Origin: an archaeon
GTDB lineage: Archaea > SpSt-1190 > DYHY01
Direction: 5' to 3'
Length of the DNA stretch: 64,000 nt
Assembly (NCBI GenBank): GCA_043803745.1
Contig: JAZDJS010000021.1
Coordinates: forward strand, 25,357 to 89,356
Made by a program: the position numbers and the translations under genes
The notes under the pieces: model-generated
Database searches by the model: none
What the model saw: the letters and a program-made list of their open reading frames with translations, nothing else
Told to the model about the DNA's origin: nothing
Shown: piece after piece, positions 1 through 9,416 of the stretch
Numbering within the stretch: position 1 is the stretch's first letter
Layout of the letters: each line of letters opens with the position of its first letter

Positions 1-520
1 GGAGGGCTGATTTTGCCTCGGCAAGCGTGGAAAAGATTCTGCTTTTGACTGGGATTGCCCTCCTGATTGCGGAGTTCGTCAGTTCTTCGGCCTCAAGGAG
101 CTGCCTTGGCTCAAGCTCCCCGGAGAGGAAGAGCTTGCCGCGCTCGGGGGAGAAATCAACCTTGTCTATCCGGACCTCCGGGCAGACAATTTCGAGCCTT
201 GAGAAAAAGAGGTGCTCTCCGGTGTGGAGCTGCATCAACGGGAAGCGAAAGCCCCATTCTATTTTGCAGTTACAGTCGCCTGGGGAAAGCGGGGAATCTA
301 TTTGATGGAGGATTTCCCCGTCCTTCTCAATTGTGTCAAGGACGCGGGCGGTCCCGATAGCCCCCCTGTCGCCCGGCTGGCCTCCTCCCTGCGGATGGAA
401 CGCCGTCCTGTCAAGGATTGCGAAGGTTTTTCCTGCGAGGATCTTGATTCCTGTGATTCTTGTGGAGAATTCCTTGAGGAAGGGATCGGCAAGATAGATT
501 TTTCCAGTCTTGGTGGACAT
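1..520 (-). CDS. alaX: AlaX-type alanyl-tRNA editing protein (5' part; runs off the window edge; not in the ORF track)
   Basis: Manual translation from ATG at 520: MSTKTGKIYLADPFLKEF...LDRTAFHPQGGGQPGDRG...LMQLHTGEHLF. This has the GGGQPxD motif and the HxxxH zinc motif. Confidence 0.85.
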   Translation of the reverse strand, partial: MSTKTGKIYLADPFLKEFSTRITGIKILAGKTFAILDRTAFHPQGGGQPGDRGAIGTARVLDTIEKDGEILHQIDSPLSPGDCNCKIEWGFRFPLMQLHTGEHLFFSRLEIVCPEVRIDKVDFSPERGKLFLSGELEPRQLLEAEELTNSAIRRAIPVKSRIFSTLAEAKSAL

Positions 521-608
521 GCTCTTGACCCCCTCGGGGGTTTATTTAGCTGCTTTTTGGGAAAGCTTAATAAGCTTGAAAAAGAAACCACTTGAAAGGG
601 GTTTAGAA

Positions 609-2033
609 TTGCCAGAAGAGGATGTCAGGGAGAACTACCAGGTAGATCCCGAGAGGCTCCAAAATCACCTGCTTTCCGAGGGAACTGACCTTTCCGGCGG
701 AAAGCCCGTTTATGGCTCGATTGTCCGGGCGATTTCTGATGTTGCAAGGACAACTGATGTCCAGGTTGACGGCGCCCCGAAGGATTCGGTTTTCGTGCGC
801 GAGCTTTTGGAAGCAATTCCAGAGGCTGAAATTATTTCATCTCCTGGGAAAAGAATCAAGAGGGGTGTCGGAACGGCTGTAGTCGAGTCATATCCCGGGC
901 TTGACCCCGAAGGATTCCAGGAACTTGTTTCAGCGAACGGCAAGTTGCGGTTCGTTGTCCTCAGATATCCCTCGGATGACGGATTGCTGGCCTCCTCACC
1001 GGAGCTCCTCCCGAGCAGGGGCGCCGCGGTTTTCGCCGGAGCCGAGCAGGATCCGTATTCAACCAAAGAAGACAGGGCGGCAAGAATTGCAGGGCTTGTC
1101 ATGCGCGAAGCTGAGTCGCGGGGGGCGGTCATTGAAGGCGCAGCTCTACACCTTGCCTGCGAGCAAACTCTCCGGTTCTGCGAGGTAAGCAGGTCCGCTG
1201 AGGAAGGAGGGATTGACGGAAATTTCGCGGCAATCATTGTTGCAAGGGCGCGGGCAAATGCGGGAAATTCTAGGGAAATTGCGGAAGATGCAGTGAGGGA
1301 AGTAATTCAAAAGGAAGAAGCCCGGATGAAGGGGAAATACGAAAGCTTTGCCAGGTATTTTCCAAAGGGTTATTCGGGAAACGGGCGCCTGGTGTTTGAG
1401 CTTGGCGTCGATGTTTTCGAAACGGGCGCCCTGGGCGACATGAACATGATGGGGCTTGTAATTGCCCCGGGGCGGGGAAGGATAGTTGATTCGCTTGCGA
1501 GGTTCGATCCGGAGAACGGGGACCGCGGCGGCGCGTTCTCAAAAGGGAACGACGATGTCCTAAGCTACCTCCTTGACAGATACCCGGGAATATTCTCCTT
1601 GCGCGACGCCCGGATAGTTTCGATGTACTGGAACGAGGTGACTGGAGCAAGCTCCTCCGCAATAAAGGCCGCGGGTCTTGAGGCCTGCATTGCCGGGGTC
1701 CCTATACTTGAGAATTTTGCAGGGACTGGAGCAATCGGGGCTAACGGCCTTGTCGAGCATATAGGGGGGGTTAATGAGAAAATAGAAGCGGCCCATTACA
1801 TTTTCAAGAGAAATCGGGCCGGAGAGAACTCGCCGTTCGGTTCAGTCATAATCCCCAGGAGAAATCTTGGAAGGCTTGCCCTGCCAGACGAGGTTGCCCA
1901 GGATGTCCGGGATGGAAACTTCAGGATTTACGCGGTTGACACAATTGAGGAATATGTCGAATGCCTAACTGGAAAAAGCTATCAAGAAGTTCACGCGGCT
2001 GCGCTTGAAAAAAATCGGACAGGTTCGGGCTAG
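609..2033 (+). CDS. Lon-like (S16) protease with a degenerate AAA region
   Basis: The C-terminal EVTGASSSA...AGTGAIGANGLVEHIGGVNEKIEAA...VIIPRRN...IYAVDTIEE matches the Lon proteolytic domain with its Ser-Lys dyad. No Walker A was found. The TTG start at 609 is inferred. Confidence 0.75.
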   Translation: MPEEDVRENYQVDPERLQNHLLSEGTDLSGGKPVYGSIVRAISDVARTTDVQVDGAPKDSVFVRELLEAIPEAEIISSPGKRIKRGVGTAVVESYPGLDPEGFQELVSANGKLRFVVLRYPSDDGLLASSPELLPSRGAAVFAGAEQDPYSTKEDRAARIAGLVMREAESRGAVIEGAALHLACEQTLRFCEVSRSAEEGGIDGNFAAIIVARARANAGNSREIAEDAVREVIQKEEARMKGKYESFARYFPKGYSGNGRLVFELGVDVFETGALGDMNMMGLVIAPGRGRIVDSLARFDPENGDRGGAFSKGNDDVLSYLLDRYPGIFSLRDARIVSMYWNEVTGASSSAIKAAGLEACIAGVPILENFAGTGAIGANGLVEHIGGVNEKIEAAHYIFKRNRAGENSPFGSVIIPRRNLGRLALPDEVAQDVRDGNFRIYAVDTIEEYVECLTGKSYQEVHAAALEKNRTGSG

Positions 2034-2926
2034 TTTTTCAAAAGGACCCAGATTTCCTTTCTCATTATCGGGGGCTTCCTTATTCCAGCTGAACCGGAGA
2101 ATTTCGCCCCGCCGATTGTTTTCTTGATGAACTCCCTTGCTTCCGCGGAAGGAGCGAAAAAAACGTTCCTTTTCTTTTCAAGGTCAAGGCAGGAGAGGAA
2201 TCCTATTGAAACCCCCCGGGCGGAAAAAAGCTTCGGGAGCTCCCTTGAGAGGAGGGAACGGTTGCGCCTAACGAAACTTGCCCCGTCAGCAGTCTCAATC
2301 TGGATTATTCCGACATCGTCTTGGCCTGCAAACTCTTCAGAAAGAACCTTCCCGAGAGGAATTGAAAAATTTTCGGATGCCTTGAAAAGCCGCTTCAGGA
2401 AGCCGTTCGGGAGGCGCGCAATTTTCCTAAGCTTTGAGGCTGCCCGCCGGTCCCGGCCCGTCGTGACCTTTGAACTGAAGTTAGTTGTGTTGACTGTTAT
2501 TGCCGAAAGGAGGAGCGCCGCCGAAATCCTTGACGGAACAATCCCTGCTGAAAAGAACCGCTCGGCAACAAGGGTTGCGGCCGCCCCCACTTGCTCGTTC
2601 TGGACCTTCCTTGCGTTAGGGAACAGGTGGAGCTCCCTTGATTTCCTGTGGTCTATTATCTCGACAACATTTTCAAGGGGAATTTCCTTCGGAAGCCCGC
2701 CCAGCTGGCTTGCGTCAACGAGGATTATTTCGTCGCTTTTGGAAATCCTTTGCTTTTCTGCCCTTAACTTCAACTCATTCAGAAGAAATTGGCCCATGGG
2801 GTCCGGCTTGTCCGAGAAGTGAATCTTGTTCTCTGTTCCGCTCTTCGAAAGGAACTCGGAATAAGCGAGGATACAGGCAGTGCCATCGGTATCGGGAGAC
2901 CTGTTCGAGGTTATTATCAGGGACAT
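2030..2926 (-). CDS. DHH-family, family II (PpaC-like) inorganic pyrophosphatase, divergent
   Basis: SPDTDG, ILVDA, IIDHR, VGAAATLVAE and LLLSAI motifs, followed by a DHHA2-like C-terminus ending in MRKEI. Confidence 0.75.
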   Translation of the reverse strand: MSLIITSNRSPDTDGTACILAYSEFLSKSGTENKIHFSDKPDPMGQFLLNELKLRAEKQRISKSDEIILVDASQLGGLPKEIPLENVVEIIDHRKSRELHLFPNARKVQNEQVGAAATLVAERFFSAGIVPSRISAALLLSAITVNTTNFSSKVTTGRDRRAASKLRKIARLPNGFLKRLFKASENFSIPLGKVLSEEFAGQDDVGIIQIETADGASFVRRNRSLLSRELPKLFSARGVSIGFLSCLDLEKKRNVFFAPSAEAREFIKKTIGGAKFSGSAGIRKPPIMRKEIWVLLKN

Positions 2927-2927
2927 C

Positions 2928-3911
2928 TCAGATCTTCACCGAAAGCCTATTCCCCGTTGCGGGAACTGCCTCGAACCCGAGAACCCTGAGGGCGGAAAGG
3001 ATTGGCGCGTCCTTTTTCGTATGGGCGACGACTACTTTTTCCGGGTTGCAGCCGGAAACGAAATCAAGGATTTCCTGGAAATCGGCATGGTCGGAAAGGG
3101 GGATTGCGGAAGAATATCCCCTGAAGAAGCGCGCGCCGGCAGCCCAACCGGTGAAAACCGCAGAGCGGAAACCGCTCTTCTCAAGCCTTGCCGAGAATGG
3201 CGTGTTCTTGACTGTCAAGGGAGCGACCACAATCACAGGGTCCTTGGAATGGATAAGCTTGTCAGCCTGCTTCGTGCCGAAGAGGAGGGACGCCCCGACC
3301 GGATGGTTGAATTTCTCCGAGATTCTGTTCGCGGCGAAAACCTCCGCCTGGGCAATCACGGGGATTGAGAGTTCGCTTGCAATCCGGGTTAGGAGCTGGG
3401 CCTTGCCATAGGAATAGCCATAGAAGATCGCCCTGCTCCCGGAGGCTTCGAGAAATTCCTTTGCGGAATCTATTACCGAATCGAGCCGGGGGAAGGAAAA
3501 TTCGGGCTTGCCGAAGGTTGCGTCGACAATCAGGACCTTGCATTCCTCGGGGCGGGCGCCCTTGAGGAAGAACCGGTCCCTCGTTGAAAAATCTCCCGTG
3601 TAAAGGACCTTTCCCGCCTTGGTTTCAACCGAGATCATCTTGGAGCCGACCATGTGACCGGCATCGGAAAGCTTCACCCGGTTTATTCTGGGGCTTTCCG
3701 GAAGCTCAAGTCCCCATCTTTCCCTTGCAAAAGCCCGTGTTTCCTTCGAGGCAATCCCGAGCGCATCTGGAAGGAGCTTCCCGGGGAGATGGTCTGTGTG
3801 CGCGTGGGAAACGAAGGAAAGTCCTGATGCGGTTTTCCCGTCAAGGAGGATTGAAAAATCGCTTTCCCTGATCAGGAAGCCTCCTCCGGGGTTTGACGAG
3901 ATTTCAGCCAT
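2928..3911 (-). CDS. Metallo-beta-lactamase / beta-CASP-type nuclease
   Basis: SHAHTDH, AGHMVGS, YTGDF, DATFG, YSYGKAQ and LSDHADF motifs. Confidence 0.85.
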   Translation of the reverse strand: MAEISSNPGGGFLIRESDFSILLDGKTASGLSFVSHAHTDHLPGKLLPDALGIASKETRAFARERWGLELPESPRINRVKLSDAGHMVGSKMISVETKAGKVLYTGDFSTRDRFFLKGARPEECKVLIVDATFGKPEFSFPRLDSVIDSAKEFLEASGSRAIFYGYSYGKAQLLTRIASELSIPVIAQAEVFAANRISEKFNHPVGASLLFGTKQADKLIHSKDPVIVVAPLTVKNTPFSARLEKSGFRSAVFTGWAAGARFFRGYSSAIPLSDHADFQEILDFVSGCNPEKVVVAHTKKDAPILSALRVLGFEAVPATGNRLSVKI

Positions 3912-3951
3912 TTTTTCCTTTTCTTCTTTTCAACGGCGCGGAAGAAGCTGC

Positions 3952-4158
3952 CTACTCCGCCTTTCCTTCGTGCTTTTCCCTGGTCCTCGAGAAATTGATG
4001 TTGTCAACGAAAAGCGCTGCAAGGAGTAATGGTATTGAGAAGGCGCCTGCAATTGCGGGCCAGTAGGCATAGTTCCAATTCGTTGCCCCTCTGATTATCC
4101 CGACAAGGAGGATTCCCGCCAAAATCCCTATTAGGATTTTCTGCTTCCGTTCTTCCAC
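3952..4158 (-). CDS. Small two-TM membrane protein
   Basis: Two hydrophobic segments in 68 aa; the ORF fills the gap between neighbouring genes. Confidence 0.65.
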   Translation of the reverse strand: MEERKQKILIGILAGILLVGIIRGATNWNYAYWPAIAGAFSIPLLLAALFVDNINFSRTREKHEGKAE

Positions 4159-4223
4159 GAAGGGGATTTTCCGGCAAGGATATAAAACAGTTGCCCCTTT
4201 CTCCCTTGCCGGGGAAAAGTGAA

Positions 4224-5264
4224 ATGGGCCTTCAGATAAGGGAAATCATTCCGAAATCCGCCGTTAGCGCGGTTTCCCTGGATTCTTTCAAAGGAACCGT
4301 CGTTGCGGTCGATGCATTCAACGCGCTCTACCAGTTCCTTGCGACAATCCGGCAGCAGGACGGTACGCCTCTTATGGATTCGGCGGGGAAGGTTACGAGC
4401 CATTTGTCCGGGATTTTCTACAGGAACATCCGGCTTCTTGAGGCTGGGGCGCGGATTGTCTATGTTTTCGACGGGAAAGCCGGGGCTGAAAAGGCGGAGA
4501 CAATCAGGAAGCGGGAGGAAACCAAGAAGAAAGCCGAGGAGAAATACGAGGCAGCTGTTGAGGAAGGGGACCTTGAATCGGCAAGGAAATATGCCCAGGC
4601 AACAAGCAGGCTTGACACCCAGATGATTGAGGAGGCGAAAAGCCTCCTGAAAGCAATGGGAATTCCCGTTGTTAACGCGCCCTCCGAGGGGGAATCCCAG
4701 GCAAGCTTCCTTGCAAAGGAAGGGAAAGCGAATTTTGCGGCAAGCCAGGATTACGACTGCCTCCTTTTCGGCGCGCCAATCCTTGTACGGAACCTGAGCG
4801 CAACAAGCAGAAGGCGCGCGCCCGGCGGGAAATATGTCGAGGTTCCGATTGAGGCAATTGAGCTTGCGAAGGTTCTTGAGGGTTTGAAGCTTGACAGGGA
4901 ACAGCTTGTTGCGCTCGGGATTCTTGTCGGAACTGATTATAATCCGGGGGGAATCAAGGGGATTGGCCCGAAAAAGGCGCTCAATTTGATTGAAAGTGAA
5001 AAAACCTTTGAAAGGATTTTCAAACAGGTTTCGGACAAATGGACTTTCGGGATAACTCCGGAGGAAATCCGGGAGCTTTTTCTGAATCCGAAAGTTGACT
5101 CTTCAGTTGAAATCGGCGAGGAAACTCTCGATTCAGCCAAGATAAAGGAGATTCTTTGCGGCAAGCACGAGTTCTCAGCAGAGAGAATTGATTCATCGCT
5201 CAGCAAGCTTCAGAGTATTGTTTCCGAGTCTAAAAAGCAGAAAGGCTTGAATGAGTGGTTTTAG
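4224..5264 (+). CDS. fen: Flap endonuclease 1
   Basis: DAFNALYQFL, VFDG, APSEGESQA, SQDYD and GIKGIGPKKA motifs, with the C-terminal PIP box QKGLNEWF. Confidence 0.97.
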   Translation: MGLQIREIIPKSAVSAVSLDSFKGTVVAVDAFNALYQFLATIRQQDGTPLMDSAGKVTSHLSGIFYRNIRLLEAGARIVYVFDGKAGAEKAETIRKREETKKKAEEKYEAAVEEGDLESARKYAQATSRLDTQMIEEAKSLLKAMGIPVVNAPSEGESQASFLAKEGKANFAASQDYDCLLFGAPILVRNLSATSRRRAPGGKYVEVPIEAIELAKVLEGLKLDREQLVALGILVGTDYNPGGIKGIGPKKALNLIESEKTFERIFKQVSDKWTFGITPEEIRELFLNPKVDSSVEIGEETLDSAKIKEILCGKHEFSAERIDSSLSKLQSIVSESKKQKGLNEWF

Positions 5265-5411
5265 AGCTGAAAAAGAGATTTTCCCGGCTATAGCCCCTAA
5301 ATGCAAAAACCGAGATTGCATTAACCGTATTTCGTCTGTTTGCGTTCTTCTTTTCCATTTCCTTGTTTTCCAGGTTCCGGTGTTCTTTTTTCTTTTCTTG
5401 ATCAGTCCTTT

Positions 5412-5522
5412 TTACTCAACAAGAGCCAATATCTTGCTGAGAAGAACTGCGTTTGCAGCTACCAGGGCTGCGATTGCTCCCAGTAGTGCTCCTGTCACTA
5501 CCACGTTCTCCCCCCTCCCCAT
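5412..5522 (-). CDS. Putative 36-aa single-TM microprotein
   Basis: MGEGENVVVTGALLGAIAALVAANAVLLSKILALVE*, with an AT-rich promoter-like stretch just upstream. Confidence 0.5.
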   Translation of the reverse strand: MGRGENVVVTGALLGAIAALVAANAVLLSKILALVE

Positions 5523-5610
5523 TACATATGCCCTCAATTTGCTTAAAGAGTTTATTGTAAGTACCTTACAACAGTGCTATTCCTGATTTTGACCGGATAG
5601 GGACAAATTT

Positions 5611-6465
5611 TCAATTTCTTGCGCTGAAAAAACCGTCGAAATCCTCGTATTTTTCCGCCCCGTCAGCTTCCTTAAGGAGCGCAAAGCCGTCCTTCAGGTC
5701 CTTCCCAAGGCAGGCTCCGGCAAGGATTGCGGAAACGATCGGGGTCCTCCGCTTGAACTTCCCAATCCTTTCTTGGGAGAACCTTTCCAAATAGACTTGC
5801 TTCTCTCCGGAAGTGAGCTCGTCCCAGGAAACGAACCCCCAGTTGGAAAAGCCGGAGATTTCCGCTTCATCCCTGACTGATTTTACCAGAGAGAGGGCGC
5901 CGTTCAGGGAAGTTGCCCGCTCCTTTCTCCTTGTATGCCAGCCGGTAAGGGCTTCGCCATAAAGGCAGTCCCCGTCGAAAAGAAGGAGGAGCTTTTCGTG
6001 GTTGAGGTTGTATCTCCTGGGGCGGAAGCTTCCGGCCTCGGAAATTGGATGGTGTTCCGAAACCCTTGGGAACCCCGTGGGGAACTCTCGGGGAAGGCCG
6101 GCAGTAACATAGACGGTTCGCTTTTTCTTGGCAATTTCCGGGCTGAATGAGGAGCAGCCAATGCTTCCTGGGGAATACTGGGTGTCTGTGTGCTGGTCAA
6201 CGAATAGGACGGGGTGTTCCGCGGAGTATTTTGCTGAGAAAGGATAGTCATAGTGATGAAATGCGTTGGACGGTCCAAGAATGTATGCAGGAACTTGAAC
6301 CTGTTCGAACGTCTTTAGGAGGGCTGCGTTACCAGGTTCCCATATGAAAAAGTCCTCCGCAGGAAGGGGGAGCGGAGCAAGAGTCTCACCCCAGAGGAGC
6401 TTGAGAACCTTCGCAGTCCGTTCGGGGGATTCCGAGCCGGCTATTTCAAGGGCGTAGCCTTGCAT
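5611..6465 (-). CDS. Arginase/ureohydrolase-fold protein, divergent
   Basis: GPSNAFHH, VDQHTD and FDGDCL resemble the ureohydrolase metal motifs (H, DxHxD, DxD). Confidence 0.6.
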   Translation of the reverse strand: MQGYALEIAGSESPERTAKVLKLLWGETLAPLPLPAEDFFIWEPGNAALLKTFEQVQVPAYILGPSNAFHHYDYPFSAKYSAEHPVLFVDQHTDTQYSPGSIGCSSFSPEIAKKKRTVYVTAGLPREFPTGFPRVSEHHPISEAGSFRPRRYNLNHEKLLLLFDGDCLYGEALTGWHTRRKERATSLNGALSLVKSVRDEAEISGFSNWGFVSWDELTSGEKQVYLERFSQERIGKFKRRTPIVSAILAGACLGKDLKDGFALLKEADGAEKYEDFDGFFSARN

Positions 6466-6550
6466 TCCGAGAGAAAGGAGAGACCACTTAATAATGGTTT
6501 CTCAGGCAAATATGTTTCTGAGTTTAATGGTTACTTAAAAGGAGTAAAAA

Positions 6551-6566
6551 AAGAAAGGATTATAAG
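6551..6566 (+). promoter_or_regulatory. BRE-TATA promoter of the HD-GYP/CitG gene
   Basis: AAGAAAGGATTATAAG lies about 30 bp before ATG 6595. A similar GAAAGGNTTAWAA motif precedes cdc6, the pilin genes and aIF-1A. Confidence 0.6.
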
Positions 6567-6594
6567 GCTGCCTTGACCGATATAGGCTGCTGAA

Positions 6595-8061
6595 ATGGCG
6601 AACTTTGGAACTGAGGAGCTTGAAAGAGAGCTTGGGGGAGCTTTCGCAATATTCTCAGTTTCTCCCTCCGACCAGGAAAAGATCCGCGCCCGGCTTAAAG
6701 AGATCAGGGAAGTTGACGAGGAAACATACCGGCATTCTGTGCGGGACGGACTGAAAGCTTCTGAAATCGCGAGCTACCTGAATCTTGACCCGAAACCGGC
6801 TCTCATTTCAGGGAGCCTTCATGATTTCGGGAAAACTAAAGTTCCTGAAGCGCTCCTTAGAAAAAAATCCGGCTTTTCCGAGGAAGATTATGCTGTAATG
6901 GAAGGGCACGTCCTTGCCGGCTACGAGGCTCTTAAGGTTGATTTCCCCTTCTCAGCTGAAATCCTCCTAAGGCATCACATATTCCAGGAAAGGGGTTATC
7001 CGAAAAGCCTGCCAAAGCCAAGCAAACCATTTTCCGAAGGAACCCTTGCAACAATCGGCTTCTATTCAAGGCTGCTTGCCCTTGCGGATTTTTACGACGC
7101 AATAACAACGAGGAAGAACGACATGTTCGGGGGGGCGCTTTCGAAAGCTGATGCAAAGGCCATTTTCCTTGCCAAGAGCCCGGACCAAAAAAGGCTGATA
7201 AATGCTCTTTACAATAATTCGGTTTTCGACAGCGGGGAGAAAGCTGATTCCGGAAAGGAGGGAATTTACCCCCTTGCGTTTGGAAGGGCTGCGGAAACCA
7301 GGCAACCGCGGGAAATAAGGCGGCTTGTGACCCTTGCCTCCGCCCTTGAGCCCCTCTCCGACAAACCTGGACTGACAACAAGGCATTCTGACATTAGCAG
7401 GCACCTGAAACTTCCCTATTTCGTTGCTTCAGCAATAAACATCGGGGATGCTTTCGAGGATTTGGCTGAATCCCTGGCCGGAGGGACCCAACCAGATGAA
7501 ATTTACAGCCACGCCCTTACCGCGCAACTCGAAGCTGTAAGAAATAGGGATGGGGGAAGGGTAATACAGGGAGAAATAGAGCTTTTCCTCCCAATTGTTG
7601 CGGCGCAGATTCTCTATGACCGGGACAGAACCCTTTCCGTTGACGAACTTCTTGGCAAGGCTGTTGAAGTCCTGAAAGCGACGGGTGAAGTGGATGTGAA
7701 AAATCTCTGGGAAATGAAAGCTGCCGCGAACGCCCTTTCAGAATATGCGCGGACAGTTCCGGAGCATCCGGAAGCCAAAAGCGTTTACGACTATTACCTC
7801 TTCGACCTTGGCTCGTCTGAAGGGAAGCCGACAAGCGTTGCCCATAACGGAGAGTTCGTGCGGGGATTCCCAGCTGTCAGGAAAGCTTACGAGCTTATTT
7901 CAGGAAGTGGGAAGAAGGATTTCAACAAGCGGGTTGAGGAAGCTTATGCACAAATCCGGCTCGAAACCCCGGAAGTTTCCCCCGGCTTCACCGCCGACTG
8001 CATTGCGGCTGGGATTTACCTAGCGCTTTCCCAGAACCCTAGAGAGAAATTAATCAAATAA
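6595..8061 (+). CDS. HD-GYP phosphohydrolase fused to a CitG-like (triphosphoribosyl-dephospho-CoA synthase) domain
   Basis: N-terminal half: TYRHS, LHDFGK, EGHV, RHH..RGYP, ADFYDAIT. C-terminal half: ALEPLSDKPGLT..FVASA, QGEIELFLPI, SPGFTADCIAAGIY. Confidence 0.75.
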   Translation: MANFGTEELERELGGAFAIFSVSPSDQEKIRARLKEIREVDEETYRHSVRDGLKASEIASYLNLDPKPALISGSLHDFGKTKVPEALLRKKSGFSEEDYAVMEGHVLAGYEALKVDFPFSAEILLRHHIFQERGYPKSLPKPSKPFSEGTLATIGFYSRLLALADFYDAITTRKNDMFGGALSKADAKAIFLAKSPDQKRLINALYNNSVFDSGEKADSGKEGIYPLAFGRAAETRQPREIRRLVTLASALEPLSDKPGLTTRHSDISRHLKLPYFVASAINIGDAFEDLAESLAGGTQPDEIYSHALTAQLEAVRNRDGGRVIQGEIELFLPIVAAQILYDRDRTLSVDELLGKAVEVLKATGEVDVKNLWEMKAAANALSEYARTVPEHPEAKSVYDYYLFDLGSSEGKPTSVAHNGEFVRGFPAVRKAYELISGSGKKDFNKRVEEAYAQIRLETPEVSPGFTADCIAAGIYLALSQNPREKLIK

Positions 8062-8063
8062 GT

Positions 8064-8408
8064 CTAGGCAAAGTTCTCGAAAAGCTCGGATTTCTGGGCC
8101 ATCAGGGCGGCTCCAATGAAGGAAATCGCGACAAGGAACCGGAGGATGAAGTCGACAAGGAGGAGAATCGGAATTTCCCCGTGGTTCGTTATTATCTCCG
8201 AGGAGATGAAAAGCGTGAACCCGTTGAAGAAAAGCGCGAGATAGAGGAGGACGAATACGAGGTCGTTCTTGGTCATCGTGACATATGTTTTCGAGACTGT
8301 TATCTTCTTGAAGACAATTGACGTGAATATCCGGAGGGCTGCCGCATAGCCGAGGAGGTAGACTACTGATGCAATGAATCCGGGGGAAATGTGTATGCTT
8401 ACCGCCAT
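8064..8408 (-). CDS. Three-TM membrane protein
   Basis: Three hydrophobic helices in 114 aa. Confidence 0.7.
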   Translation of the reverse strand: MAVSIHISPGFIASVVYLLGYAAALRIFTSIVFKKITVSKTYVTMTKNDLVFVLLYLALFFNGFTLFISSEIITNHGEIPILLLVDFILRFLVAISFIGAALMAQKSELFENFA

Positions 8409-8459
8409 CCCCCATTCTAGGCTGCCGATACTATTTAATGAGATTGGAAAAACCGCTTT

Positions 8460-9353
8460 TCACCTGACAATCGCGCCCGGATATTTTTCAGCCAGGCTTT
8501 CGACTTCGCCGGGGTCGAAGGGAACTGAACTGATGATGATGTCGGGAGCTTTTGCAAGCCCGTCCTTGTATTTCCTCAAGGCGCCTTCGGGATTCACAAG
8601 AAGTTCGCTCAGGAATGCGAGCTCATTACCCGCGGACGGATATTCCCGAGAGCTTATCGGAAGGGCCTGCCACAGGAAGCCGTACCAGTGTGTTAGGATG
8701 TTGTCAGTTACTGCCTCAAGCAGTCCGGGAGTTTTCAAGTTCTTCCGGGGTTCCGGACGACCCATTCCGGGAACTTTCAGTTCCGGAACATCCCAGCCCG
8801 CCGCAACAGTTTCCCCGACACTGGAAATTAGCTCATCGGCTGCGGAATATCCCGCGCCTTCCCGGAGCTTGGAACGCCTTCCCAGCGACAGGTATTCGCC
8901 TTTCGGAAGGGTGAAAAGAACGTCCGGAGGATATTCGGTCTCCGTCTTGTAGGGAGGGAATTTCCCGGAAAAAACGTGCATAATTCCGTGGGCAATTTCT
9001 CTTGAACCGGCCCAGGGGGCAAGGAAAACGATTGGATGACCGCACGCGGACTGCTCTGAAAGCAAGGTGTATTCGCTAAGGATGGATTCCCTTGGAAAGT
9101 CCGCGAGCTCCCAACCCCCTTCGCACGGAAGGAAGGTTTCCACGCGTTTGGGACCTCTGGGAAGCGCAGGTACGAAATAAGCGTCAATTGAAACTTCCAG
9201 AACCTGTTCAAACTTTCCAGCAATTATTTCCGCCTGTTTTGCAATCCTGGAGTATTCTCGCTCAAGGAGAAAGGGCGGGAGGGGAAAAGAGCTTGCTTCG
9301 GAAAGCAGAGCAAGATCTTCTTTGCCGAATCCAATTGCGGTCAAGTCGGGCAT
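8460..9353 (-). CDS. Hypothetical protein (HxxxH motif EIAHGIMH)
   Basis: 297-aa ORF with an ATG start and an upstream TATA-like sequence. Confidence 0.65.
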   Translation of the reverse strand: MPDLTAIGFGKEDLALLSEASSFPLPPFLLEREYSRIAKQAEIIAGKFEQVLEVSIDAYFVPALPRGPKRVETFLPCEGGWELADFPRESILSEYTLLSEQSACGHPIVFLAPWAGSREIAHGIMHVFSGKFPPYKTETEYPPDVLFTLPKGEYLSLGRRSKLREGAGYSAADELISSVGETVAAGWDVPELKVPGMGRPEPRKNLKTPGLLEAVTDNILTHWYGFLWQALPISSREYPSAGNELAFLSELLVNPEGALRKYKDGLAKAPDIIISSVPFDPGEVESLAEKYPGAIVR

Positions 9354-9416
9354 TCTTGCGGGGAAAAATCAGGCTTGCTTTAAAACAATTATCTATTTTC
9401 AAGTGGTCAATTCGAC

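Noticed and set aside
27-595. Plus-strand ORFs 27-305, 67-360 and 212-595
   Set aside because: They are shadows of the minus-strand AlaX gene, which has clear motifs.
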